Shown one piece after another: positions 1 through 9,131 of a stretch of 64,000 nucleotides of DNA. Numbering within the stretch: position 1 is the first letter of the stretch; every line of letters starts with the position of its first letter. This DNA is from an uncultured Spirochaetota bacterium (lineage in GTDB: Bacteria > Spirochaetota > Brevinematia > Brevinematales > JAOACQ01), in the NCBI GenBank assembly GCA_963835575.1, contig CAWIGG010000002.1, positions 544,001 to 608,000 of the forward strand, written 5' to 3'. The notes beneath the pieces were generated by a model. It made no database searches and was not told the DNA's origin. It saw nothing but the letters and a program-made list of their open reading frames with translations. The position numbers were made by a program, and so were the translations under genes.

Positions 1-1
1 A

Positions 2-1660
2 TATGGAGATAGAGAGAATTTTAAAACTAATTTTGAAGCTCTTGAATTAATCAAATCGACTTTCGGAACGTGGATATTTACAATTGCAAAATTAATTGTC
101 ATTATCATAATATGGAGGACTGTAAATCTTGTATCCGGTTATATAGCCAGCCAGGTTAAGATTATTAATATATATAGAAGACTCATATATATATATCTGA
201 CTATTGAATTTATATTTAATCTTTTCTCGCCAATAAATTACTATGCTCAGCCCGGTTGGTTTGCTTTACAGATTATTGCCATTCTTTTGATTTGTGTTTT
301 TGCTTTCGGCGTTCATACAGGTTTTATTAAGTCGGTTCAGGATAGAGTGGAAAGCCTGATTAAAGAAAAGGATAGTCTTATTGTTCTGATGAAAGAGATC
401 AGCCTTGTTGTGGGCGGCGGTGAATTTGAGATTGAAACAGTCATCAGAGCTATTGTTGATAATTCCGTCAAAGGGACCATTGCACGCGGCGGTGTCATGT
501 TCCTTAAAGATAAAATCACAAACCGGCTTGTTGTTAAATATATAAAAGGTCTATATCCTCCGACAAAACCTTTAAAGAATATCCAGAATTTAACACTGAC
601 GGAAAATATAATCATTGAAAAGCTGAGAGCGGAAAAGCTCGCCATTGGAGAAGGTTTAATCGGACAGGTCGCTGAAAACGGGAAATCCATTTATATTCCC
701 GATGTCTCAAAAGATGAGCGTTTTGTACAGACTGTAAGCGACCATCTTATGGTCAGTTCTTTCCTGGCTGTTCCCCTGAAAACAAGGGATGATGTATTCG
801 GTGTGCTGTCTGTTGTTGACGATTCAAAGATGTTTTTAGAAAACGACTTAAGTCTTCTGGAAACACTGGGCGAACAGGCCGCTATCACAATTACGCAGGT
901 CCAGATGTACCAGGAAGTATTAGAGAAAAAACAGGCGGAAAAAGAACTTGGCGTTGCAGGAGAAATTCAGGCTTCGCTTATTCCGCATTCTTTTCCTCAG
1001 TCTGATAAGTTTGATATATTCGGTTTTTCCATTCCCGCAAAAGGTGTGGGCGGAGACTATTATGATTATATCGATTTTGGAAATAACAAGGTTGTTTTAA
1101 CGATGTTTGATGTTTCCGGAAAGGGGGTTCCAGCCGCGCTGATCATGGTTATGATCCGCAGTATTTTAAGAACCGTTGCTACTCTTAATGAAGACACAAA
1201 GGATGTCATCGCGCGGCTGAATAATACAATTGCCGCGGAAATAGTTGAAGACCGTTATGCAACCGGTTTTTACTTGCTTTTTGATGCGGAAAAAGGTATA
1301 ATGAGTTATACGAATGCGGGGCATGGTCCATTGATTCTCTATAGATCAGCTTCGGATGATTTTGAGTTTCTGGATACTGAAGGAATGCCGATCGGAATTA
1401 TGTCGGGAGTAGAATACGGTCAGAATTATACAATTCTGGAAAAAGGTGATATTGCTATTCTCTATACGGATGGAATCAGCGAGGCAATGAACTTGGCCCA
1501 TGAGGAATTCGGGCTGGAAAGGTTTAAGGAAGTGATCAGGAATTATAAAAAAGAAGGGGCGAAAGAAATCTGTAATAGAGTTCTGGAAGCAGTAACCAGT
1601 TTCGGCGGGACTGCGCCTCAGCATGATGATGAGACTTTACTTGTTTTGAAGAGTAAATGA
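2..1660 (+). CDS. Membrane-anchored GAF + SpoIIE/PP2C (RsbU-like) serine phosphatase, 5' end outside the window
   Basis: Frame is open from base 2 (hydrophobic N-terminus). GAF segment (GEGLIGQVAENG, LAVPL) and PP2C motifs VGGDYYD, DVSGKG, NAGH, LYTDG, DDET. Confidence 0.9.
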   Translation, partial: YGDRENFKTNFEALELIKSTFGTWIFTIAKLIVIIIIWRTVNLVSGYIASQVKIINIYRRLIYIYLTIEFIFNLFSPINYYAQPGWFALQIIAILLICVFAFGVHTGFIKSVQDRVESLIKEKDSLIVLMKEISLVVGGGEFEIETVIRAIVDNSVKGTIARGGVMFLKDKITNRLVVKYIKGLYPPTKPLKNIQNLTLTENIIIEKLRAEKLAIGEGLIGQVAENGKSIYIPDVSKDERFVQTVSDHLMVSSFLAVPLKTRDDVFGVLSVVDDSKMFLENDLSLLETLGEQAAITITQVQMYQEVLEKKQAEKELGVAGEIQASLIPHSFPQSDKFDIFGFSIPAKGVGGDYYDYIDFGNNKVVLTMFDVSGKGVPAALIMVMIRSILRTVATLNEDTKDVIARLNNTIAAEIVEDRYATGFYLLFDAEKGIMSYTNAGHGPLILYRSASDDFEFLDTEGMPIGIMSGVEYGQNYTILEKGDIAILYTDGISEAMNLAHEEFGLERFKEVIRNYKKEGAKEICNRVLEAVTSFGGTAPQHDDETLLVLKSK

Positions 1661-1693
1661 CGGCTCTGATTTTGAATTTTTCAGGAGGAAGAT

Positions 1694-2029
1694 ATGGAGA
1701 TAAACAGAAGAGAGGTTGGCGATATCGTTATTTTTGATATTAACGGGGAAATTGATCTTTATAATGCTCCGGAAATTAAGGAAAAAATTAAAGACGAACT
1801 GAATAAGAACAAAGTCAATGTCATTATTAATCTGGATAGAGTCAGCTATATTGATAGTTCCGGAATAGGAGTTTTAATTTCCAGCCTTTCTAATTTAAAG
1901 AAGATAGGCGGAGCTTTAAAACTGATAAATGTTTATGCTTCCGTCCGAAAAGTATTTGAGCTCACAAAGCTCACAAGCTTCTTTGATATTTACGATAATG
2001 AAAGTGACGCTTTGGCTGCTTTTAAATAG
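1694..2029 (+). CDS. STAS-domain anti-anti-sigma factor
   Basis: GEIDLYNAP and YIDSSGIGVL phosphoserine motif; AGGAGG RBS; follows the PP2C gene. Confidence 0.92.
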   Translation: MEINRREVGDIVIFDINGEIDLYNAPEIKEKIKDELNKNKVNVIINLDRVSYIDSSGIGVLISSLSNLKKIGGALKLINVYASVRKVFELTKLTSFFDIYDNESDALAAFK

Positions 2030-2150
2030 AGATGCAAAATCGATAATTTAAATTGAGTGATATAATAAGCAAGAAGGCATAAGCGTTACTCTGAAAGAAA
2101 GAGTTTCGTTTATGCCTCTTTTGTTAGAGCCCCAATATAGGAGGAAAAAT

Positions 2151-3512
2151 ATGGAAATCCAAAAGATTGATTTGCTGCAAAAAGACATACCTACTTCATG
2201 GTATAATATTCAAGCCGATTTACCCGTTCCCCTTGAACCACCACTTGGTCCGGATAAAAAGCCTGTGACTCCAGATCAATTAAAGGCTATTTTTCCAATG
2301 GCCCTGATTGAACAGGAAGTTTCCCGGGAAAGATGGATAAAAATACCTGAAGAAGTACTGGACGTTTACTGCCGGTACCGGCCTTCCCCTATGTTCAGAG
2401 CTATTCATCTTGAAAAAGCTTTGGGAACTCCCGCTGAGATTTATTATAAGTATGAGGGAATATCTCCGGCCGGATCGCATAAGCCCAATACATCCATAGC
2501 ACAGGCTTTTTATAATAAAAAAGAGGGTGTGAAGCGTTTGACTACCGAAACAGGCGCGGGGCAGTGGGGAAGCGCGCTGGCCCTTGCCGGAAGCCTGTTC
2601 GGACTGGAAGTCAGGATTTATATGGTTAAAGCCAGCTATAATATGAAACCGGCAAGAAAGCAGGTTATGGCAGTCTGGGGAGCGGAATGTATCGCGAGCC
2701 CGAGTAATGAAACGGCATTCGGCAGAAAGCTGCTCGCTGAAAATCCTGAAAATCCTGGAAGCCTTGGAATTGCGATCAGTGAAGCTGTGGAAGAAGCCGC
2801 TTCCAGAAAGGACACGAATTATGCTCTCGGAAGCGTATTAAATCATGTGCTTCTCCATCAGACAATCATCGGCCTTGAAGCGCAGAAACAGATGGAATAT
2901 ATAAAAAGGTATCCGGATGTTGTGATCGGCTGCATCGGCGGCGGAAGCAATTTCGCAGGTGTTTCATTCCCGTTCATTAGGGATAAAATTCAGAAGAATA
3001 AAAAGACAAAAATTGTCGCGGCAGAACCTAAGGCCTGTCCTTCAGTTACCAAAGGCGTGTATGATTATGATTTCGGCGATACAGCCGGAATGACGCCTAT
3101 AATGAAGATGTTTACGCTGGGCCATGGATTTATGCCGCCGTCAATACATGCCGGAGGGCTCCGTTATCATGGTATGGCGCCGCTGGTCAGCGCTGTTGTA
3201 AAGCAGGGATTCGCTGAAGCCAGGGCTTATCATCAAAATGAAGTTTTTGAGGCCGGGCTGCTATTCGCGAGAACTGAAGGAATTGTTCCGGCGCCTGAAA
3301 CATGCCATGCCATCAAAGCGGCAATTGAAGAAGCGGTTATAGCAAAGGAAGAAGGCAAGAAAAAAGTCATTCTCTTCAATTTCAGCGGTCATGGCTTCTT
3401 TGATCTCTCTTCATACCAGATGTACCTTGACGGGAAACTGGAGGATTATGAATATCCGGAAGAAGAAGTCAAGAAGGCATTAAAAGATTTGCCTTTTTAC
3501 TGTAAGGAATAA
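2151..3512 (+). CDS. trpB: Tryptophan synthase beta chain-like, type 2 (TrpB2)
   Basis: PLP motif [31 protein letters not shown] and the long N-terminus typical of TrpB2. ATG 2151 follows AGGAGG. Confidence 0.92.
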   Translation: MEIQKIDLLQKDIPTSWYNIQADLPVPLEPPLGPDKKPVTPDQLKAIFPMALIEQEVSRERWIKIPEEVLDVYCRYRPSPMFRAIHLEKALGTPAEIYYKYEGISPAGSHKPNTSIAQAFYNKKEGVKRLTTETGAGQWGSALALAGSLFGLEVRIYMVKASYNMKPARKQVMAVWGAECIASPSNETAFGRKLLAENPENPGSLGIAISEAVEEAASRKDTNYALGSVLNHVLLHQTIIGLEAQKQMEYIKRYPDVVIGCIGGGSNFAGVSFPFIRDKIQKNKKTKIVAAEPKACPSVTKGVYDYDFGDTAGMTPIMKMFTLGHGFMPPSIHAGGLRYHGMAPLVSAVVKQGFAEARAYHQNEVFEAGLLFARTEGIVPAPETCHAIKAAIEEAVIAKEEGKKKVILFNFSGHGFFDLSSYQMYLDGKLEDYEYPEEEVKKALKDLPFYCKE

Positions 3513-3517
3513 AATGA

Positions 3518-3552
3518 GAAGAGAAGGGGCTTTTTACCCCTTCTCTTTTTTT
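3518..3552 (+). terminator. Intrinsic terminator after trpB2
   Basis: AGAGAAGGG-loop-CCCTTCTCT followed by a T-run. Confidence 0.8.
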
Positions 3553-3575
3553 TAAAAAAGCTGCGGAGGGGGAGA

Positions 3576-5831
3576 ATGAATAATTTAAGTAATAAGACCG
3601 TTGCTATTATCGGGGCCGGCTTGCTTCAGATCCCGGTGATAAAGGCGGCTAAATCTTTAGGGCTCACAACAGTTGTTGTTGATAAAAATCCTGAGGCGCC
3701 GGGTGTTAAAGAAGCGGACTTACTCATTAATTCCAGCACCCTCGACGCGGAAATGACCTCTATTCTCCTTGAAAAATTCAATAAAGAACAAAGAAAGATT
3801 GACGGGGTTTTAACAGTCGGTACAGACGCCTCTTACACAGTTGCGGTCTGCGCCAAAAAACTAGGCCTGGTTGGAATAGAGCCTGAGGCGGCGCTTAAAG
3901 CTACAGATAAATATCTCATGCGGATGGCTCTGCGGCAGGCAAAGGTGGTTATCCCGGATTTTGAGCTGGTTGATACCTATCAGAAAGCCGTTGAATCAAT
4001 AGAGAGGCTGGGCATAGATTGCGTCATCAAGCCTCAAAAAAACATGGGCGCCAGAGGCGTCCGGCGCATCAATAATATCGATGACCTGAAGGATGGATTT
4101 GAGGAAGCCGTCCGTTATTCCAACACCGGCAAGGTGATTATTGAACAGTATATTGACGCTTCTGAGCTGAGCATAGACGCTCTGGTTTATCAGGATAAGA
4201 TCGCGATCACCGGCATCGCGGACAGGATTATTGAATATGATCCCTATTTTGTCGAGACGGGGCATATTATGCCTTCCCGTCTGGGAGAAGACTTGATCAA
4301 TTTTGCCGTTGAATCATTTAAAAAGGGCATCAAGGCTTTGGGAATTACGGTAGGAGCGGCCAAGGGCGATATTAAAATATCAAACAGCGGCTGTTATATT
4401 GGGGAAATCGCCGCCAGGCTCTCCGGCGGATTTATGTCGGCCTATACTTATCCCTATTCATCGGGAATCGATTTAATGAAAAATATTGTTCTCATATCGC
4501 TGGGACTGCCGCCTGATGATTTGAAACCGGCAAAAAACTGGGTTTCCATAGAGAGGGCCATCATTCCGGCTCCGGGAATCATCAAAGAGATCAATGGTAT
4601 TGAAAAGGCTCAAAAGATAAAGCATGTCGAAAATGTTTTCTTTGACGGAAAAATTGGAGATAAGGTTCAGCCTCCTCATAATAATCTGGACAAATGCGGG
4701 CATATCATAGTCGCCGCGCCGACTTTTAAAGAAGCGCTTCTTGCATCGCATAAAGCCGTCAGTATGATTGAAGTCAGGACGGCTGAAGACGACGATCAAT
4801 TGATTCCGGATAATATAATAAATGAAAGAGCCAGGGCCAGGTTTAACGGACGCTGTTTTGTCTGCCCTGACTGTGACGGAATAAAATGCAGAGGAATGAT
4901 GCCGGGGGTCGGCGGCGCGGGAACGGGAAACGCTTTTATCAATGCCGTCAAACGCATGAGAAGGATTGAGATAGTCCCGAACTATATCAATGACGCCAAA
5001 ATAATTGACACACAAACGGAATTATTCGGCAGAAAGCTGGCATTTCCGATACTGCCGGCTCCTATTACCGGCGCTATTACAAATATGGGCGGGGCTATCG
5101 GCGAACTGGAGCTGGCCAGGGCTGTTGTAAAAGGGGCGAATCAGGCCGGCGTGATCGGCGTTCTGGGAGACGGTGCCACGCCTATAAAGTATAAAATCAG
5201 CATCCGTGTTATACTGGAAAATTTCGGTTTGGCCATTCCTGTATTCAAACCGCGCTTTGATAATAAACTCATTATCGAGAGAATCCAGGCGGCGGAAAGC
5301 GCGGGCGCTCTGGCCGTCGGTATGGATATAGATGCGGCATCTTTTATGACCATGGAACAGAAAAGCCAGAACACGAGCACGAAGAATTTAACAGAACTGA
5401 GGGAATTGCTCTCCTGCACTGAATTGCCGTTTATTCTTAAAGGCATATTATCCCCGAAGGATGCTGAACTTGCGTTAAAGGCCGGATTCAAGGGAATTGT
5501 CGTTTCAAATCATGGCGGAAGGGTTAATGATAATCTGATATCGCCGGTTGATGCTTTGAAGGATATTAAAAAGGCCGTGGGAGACGATGCCGTGATTATA
5601 ATGGACGGCGGCGTGAGGAGCGGCGGCGATGTCCTGAAAAGTATTGCCCTTGGCGCTGATCTGGTCATGATAGGAAGGCCGGTAATGATCGCGGCTGTAG
5701 GAGGCGGGATACAGGGAGTCAGGCAGTATTTTAATAAAATTGCAAATGAACTGCGGAAAATTATGGCTTTTGTCGGTGTTAGAAATATAAAAGAATTAAA
5801 GAATAATGAGAATATGCTGAAGTATGTATAA
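3576..5831 (+). CDS. Fusion of an ATP-grasp ligase domain and an FMN-dependent alpha-hydroxyacid dehydrogenase domain
   Basis: N-half: IIGAG, DKYLMR, VIKP-x3-GARGV, IIEQYI, EIAARLSGG. C-half: CFVCPDCDGIKC, PAPITG, ILKGI, VSNHGGR, DGGVRSGGDVLKSIALGA, IGRP. Confidence 0.85.
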   Translation: MNNLSNKTVAIIGAGLLQIPVIKAAKSLGLTTVVVDKNPEAPGVKEADLLINSSTLDAEMTSILLEKFNKEQRKIDGVLTVGTDASYTVAVCAKKLGLVGIEPEAALKATDKYLMRMALRQAKVVIPDFELVDTYQKAVESIERLGIDCVIKPQKNMGARGVRRINNIDDLKDGFEEAVRYSNTGKVIIEQYIDASELSIDALVYQDKIAITGIADRIIEYDPYFVETGHIMPSRLGEDLINFAVESFKKGIKALGITVGAAKGDIKISNSGCYIGEIAARLSGGFMSAYTYPYSSGIDLMKNIVLISLGLPPDDLKPAKNWVSIERAIIPAPGIIKEINGIEKAQKIKHVENVFFDGKIGDKVQPPHNNLDKCGHIIVAAPTFKEALLASHKAVSMIEVRTAEDDDQLIPDNIINERARARFNGRCFVCPDCDGIKCRGMMPGVGGAGTGNAFINAVKRMRRIEIVPNYINDAKIIDTQTELFGRKLAFPILPAPITGAITNMGGAIGELELARAVVKGANQAGVIGVLGDGATPIKYKISIRVILENFGLAIPVFKPRFDNKLIIERIQAAESAGALAVGMDIDAASFMTMEQKSQNTSTKNLTELRELLSCTELPFILKGILSPKDAELALKAGFKGIVVSNHGGRVNDNLISPVDALKDIKKAVGDDAVIIMDGGVRSGGDVLKSIALGADLVMIGRPVMIAAVGGGIQGVRQYFNKIANELRKIMAFVGVRNIKELKNNENMLKYV

Positions 5832-6786
5832 ATATATCTATGGTCCTGTGCCGTCGCGGAGGCTTGGAATTTCTCTGGGAGTCGATCTTGTTCCGCTTAA
5901 GGTCTGCAATTTTAATTGCATATATTGCGAATGCGGTAAAAGTACGCGGCTCACTATTGAAAGAAAAGAATATTACCCGGTTCAGGATATTATAAAAGAG
6001 ATCAGGGATTTTCTTTCTAAAAACCCTTCCCCGGATTATATTTCATTTTCCGGTTCTGGAGAACCGACCCTTCATTCCGCTTTAGGATTGATTTTAAGGA
6101 CGCTGAAAAATGAATTTCCTTATTTAAGACTTGCTGTGTTGACAAATGGAAGCCTTCTTTTTCTGGAGGAAGTGCGTCAGGATCTTTTTGCCGCCGACGT
6201 GGTCCTGCCTTCGCTGGATGCCGCTACAGAAGAGGCTTTCATCAGGATTGACAGACCTCATCCCGATGTGAAAGTAAGCGCCGTCATAGAAGGTCTGATA
6301 AAATTCAGCCGTGAATTTAAAAAAATAAAGAGCGGCAATGAACTCTGGCTTGAGGTCTTTATTATTGACGGGATTAATTCCGATGATTATAATATACGGA
6401 AGTTAAAAGAGGCGGTTTTAAAAATAAAACCGGATAAAATCCAGCTTAATACTCTGGACAGACCGGGGACCGAAGCATGGGTTAAGCCCGCTCCTCATGA
6501 AGTTCTGGAAAGGGTTAAGAAGAAGCTGAATCTGGCGAATGTTGAGATTATATCTAAATATAAGTATAGATCGGATTTAAAGGCTTACAGTAAGGATATT
6601 GAGGGAATAATACTGCAGACTCTGATAAGAAGACCGTCTACAGTGGAGGATTTAACGGAAATATTGGGGGAGCCTGTTACCGAAGTCAGGAAATATGTAG
6701 ACATTTTATTGTATGAGAAAAAAATAAAAGCAGAAATAATTAGCGATTTAAAGCACAGAGGGATATTTTATAAGGTATTGAATTAA
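5824..6786 (+). CDS. Radical SAM protein (YGPVPSRRLG family) with a C-terminal HTH-like segment
   Basis: CNFNCIYC CX3CX2C motif, SGSGEPT, SLDA; start overlaps the upstream stop by 8 nt. Confidence 0.88.
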   Translation: MYKYIYGPVPSRRLGISLGVDLVPLKVCNFNCIYCECGKSTRLTIERKEYYPVQDIIKEIRDFLSKNPSPDYISFSGSGEPTLHSALGLILRTLKNEFPYLRLAVLTNGSLLFLEEVRQDLFAADVVLPSLDAATEEAFIRIDRPHPDVKVSAVIEGLIKFSREFKKIKSGNELWLEVFIIDGINSDDYNIRKLKEAVLKIKPDKIQLNTLDRPGTEAWVKPAPHEVLERVKKKLNLANVEIISKYKYRSDLKAYSKDIEGIILQTLIRRPSTVEDLTEILGEPVTEVRKYVDILLYEKKIKAEIISDLKHRGIFYKVLN

Positions 6787-6831
6787 TACTTAATTTAAGG
6801 TTAATAAATGTTATTTGAAAGGGAGTATCTA

Positions 6832-7794
6832 ATGCCGCTGAAACTTCGATTCCAATTAATCAAAAAGATTGTATTGATATCCGGTTTGTTATTTTTATTC
6901 CAGATTGAGTCTTTTTCAAAGGAATATGTTAAAGTTTATTATTTAAAGGCAAATGATCATGAATATGTGTTTTACGCGGATAATGAAAATTATTGCCCTT
7001 ATCAGCTGCAGGTCAGCTTGAAAAATCCCGAGCTGCTCTGGATCAGCACAAATATGCCTTTTTATACAAAAATAAACGCGCAGGAGAAGGGTGTATATCT
7101 ATTCAGCATTATTACATGGAGGAATCCTTCCAATTATATCAATTATTTTATTAAAACTGCCATCGGTGATCCGGATGCTGTTCCGGATACGAATTATGTT
7201 TATTACCTGCCGTACGAAGAAGGGGCCTTTTATAAGGTCAATCAGGGTTATAAGGAAAGGTTTTCCCATCATGGATGGATCAGATATTCTCTGGATTTCG
7301 GTTTATGTACAGGAACAAAAGTCTGCGCGGCAAGGGAAGGGATTGTTGTTGATGTCAAAGACGATTCCGATAAAGGCGGCATGAGGTCTTTCTACAGTAA
7401 TTATGCTAATTTTATTACGGTTTATCATAAAGACGGGAGTTTTTCTCAATATGTCCACCTTAAGAAAAACGGAAGCCTGGTCAAGGTTGGAGATATTGTT
7501 AAAAAGGGTCAGGTTATAGGTTATAGCGGAAATACAGGCCGCTCAAAGGGTCCGCATCTTCATTTTATGGTTTTTAGAGCGACAGAGATGGGCAGGGATA
7601 CTATTCCTACTTATTTTTTAGGGCCCAATAACGCAGCGATCAGTCTGTACAGAAAAAGGTTTTATTATTCCTACCGGTTTGACCAGAGTAATACCGCGTC
7701 TAGTGGCTTATTGACAAACCAAACATTGAAAGTCACGATTTCTGTCAATACGAATAAAAAAGATACCTCCGATATCAACCAGGGAGGATTATGA
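6832..7794 (+). CDS. M23 family metallopeptidase with signal peptide
   Basis: SHHG-x5-LDF, AAREGIVV, YVHL, GQVIGYSGNTGRSKGPHLHF. Confidence 0.88.
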   Translation: MPLKLRFQLIKKIVLISGLLFLFQIESFSKEYVKVYYLKANDHEYVFYADNENYCPYQLQVSLKNPELLWISTNMPFYTKINAQEKGVYLFSIITWRNPSNYINYFIKTAIGDPDAVPDTNYVYYLPYEEGAFYKVNQGYKERFSHHGWIRYSLDFGLCTGTKVCAAREGIVVDVKDDSDKGGMRSFYSNYANFITVYHKDGSFSQYVHLKKNGSLVKVGDIVKKGQVIGYSGNTGRSKGPHLHFMVFRATEMGRDTIPTYFLGPNNAAISLYRKRFYYSYRFDQSNTASSGLLTNQTLKVTISVNTNKKDTSDINQGGL

Positions 7795-7825
7795 TATCTG
7801 TCTTACTATAATAATCAAATACAAT

Positions 7826-7858
7826 AAAAAACCGTCCTGTAGTACAGGACGGTTTTTT
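7826..7858. terminator. Bidirectional intrinsic terminator
   Basis: Perfect hairpin AAAAACCGTCCTGTA-GT-ACAGGACGGTTTTT. Confidence 0.85.
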
Positions 7859-7942
7859 ATTGAAACGGTTTATCATTTTAGAATTAAATTCCTATTGATG
7901 TTTTTCTTTTTATAATATAAAATAGCTGAAATGGAGGTAAGC

Positions 7943-9046
7943 ATGAAAATACCCCCTTTTTTGCTGTTTAAAGACTTTTGCACGGTTTCCGCAAACCATT
8001 AACGGATAATTAAATAGAAACCGTGCAAAAGTCCGGTTTAAAGCGGCAATTTATTGCCTAAAGTTTTATCAGGCAGCGAATTATCTTAAGTTTACTGTGC
8101 AAAGGTCTTAAACCAGATTAAGTTGAGGAAAAGCTTTAAAGGAGCGGCGACAATTGATTTTTTTGAAGTGATTGATCAGATGGCAAAAGAAATAAGCGGA
8201 AAGATCACAGAGCTTCTTCCGGAAATAAACGTTAAGAGCGAAGTGGAGATTAAGAAACAGAGGGAAACCGTTTTTGAAACGGAAAAAATTAAAGTTAAAA
8301 GAATGTTCTACACCCGCCTCGGTTTTTCAAGCGAGTTCGGACAAAAAACATTTGAAAGTTATTATTACAGCCCGCCAAATACAAATACATCAACCGGCAG
8401 TATCCCCTTTTCACAGATTAATTTTGGTCTTTCACTCAGGTATTGGGATTTAAGGCTGGATTTTATGATGACCATAGTAGGAATGCCTTCTTATAACTGG
8501 AATGAAAAAGCCTTTCAGTTCAATAATAATTTACCCAATTATTTTAACATCTCACTTATATATTATCTTCCATGGTTCGGCAAGAGTTTGGCTTTAGGCG
8601 TGGGTTTTATCAGAGGAGACCATATTAGCGGTATTAACAGTAATAATTCGCAGATTGAATATAATCAGCCGGACGTCAATGGCGATTTGACCTGCCTGAC
8701 ATTAAATATATTATACAGCCCGTTCGATTTCCTGGAAATAGGTCTTTTGATTGGATTTAACGGCGAAGTAACCGGGAGCAGTACTTATTATGAAACCGGT
8801 ATTGCTGCAAATGTTAACCGGGATATTTCCTTCAGGTATTTATTTCCTCCAATAGAATTATCAGTCTTTTTCTTTTTCAACTCATCAATAGGGATAGAAT
8901 CAAGATTTTTTTATGCGCCGTCTAAATATCATGAAGAAAAGCATAATAGTGCAGATGGCTCTCTGATGGGATTCGATGATACTGTTGATCAATATATGAT
9001 CTTCTATGCCGGTATGGTTTACAAAGTTGATCTTCTGAATCTGTAA
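7943..9046 (+). pseudogene. Disrupted outer-membrane/secreted protein gene: 10-codon start (7943-7972), MITE, then C-terminal frame (8114-9046)
   Basis: GGAGG RBS + ATG MKIPPFLLFK is cut by the element. The downstream ORF lacks an RBS and signal peptide and has beta-strand-like aromatic segments. Confidence 0.6.
7973..8107. mobile_element. MITE-like IS remnant (135 bp)
   Basis: Terminal IRs GACTTTTGCACGG / CTGTGCAAAGGTC with TTAAA on both flanks. Internal perfect 17-bp IR at 7973-7989 and 8017-8033. Confidence 0.65.
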
Positions 9047-9131
9047 CCAAAGTCTTATCACAACTTGACGAAACACAATTTTATCATTATTCTTTATGCA
9101 TCTTTATCTTTTATCTGCAGGAGGATTTTTG

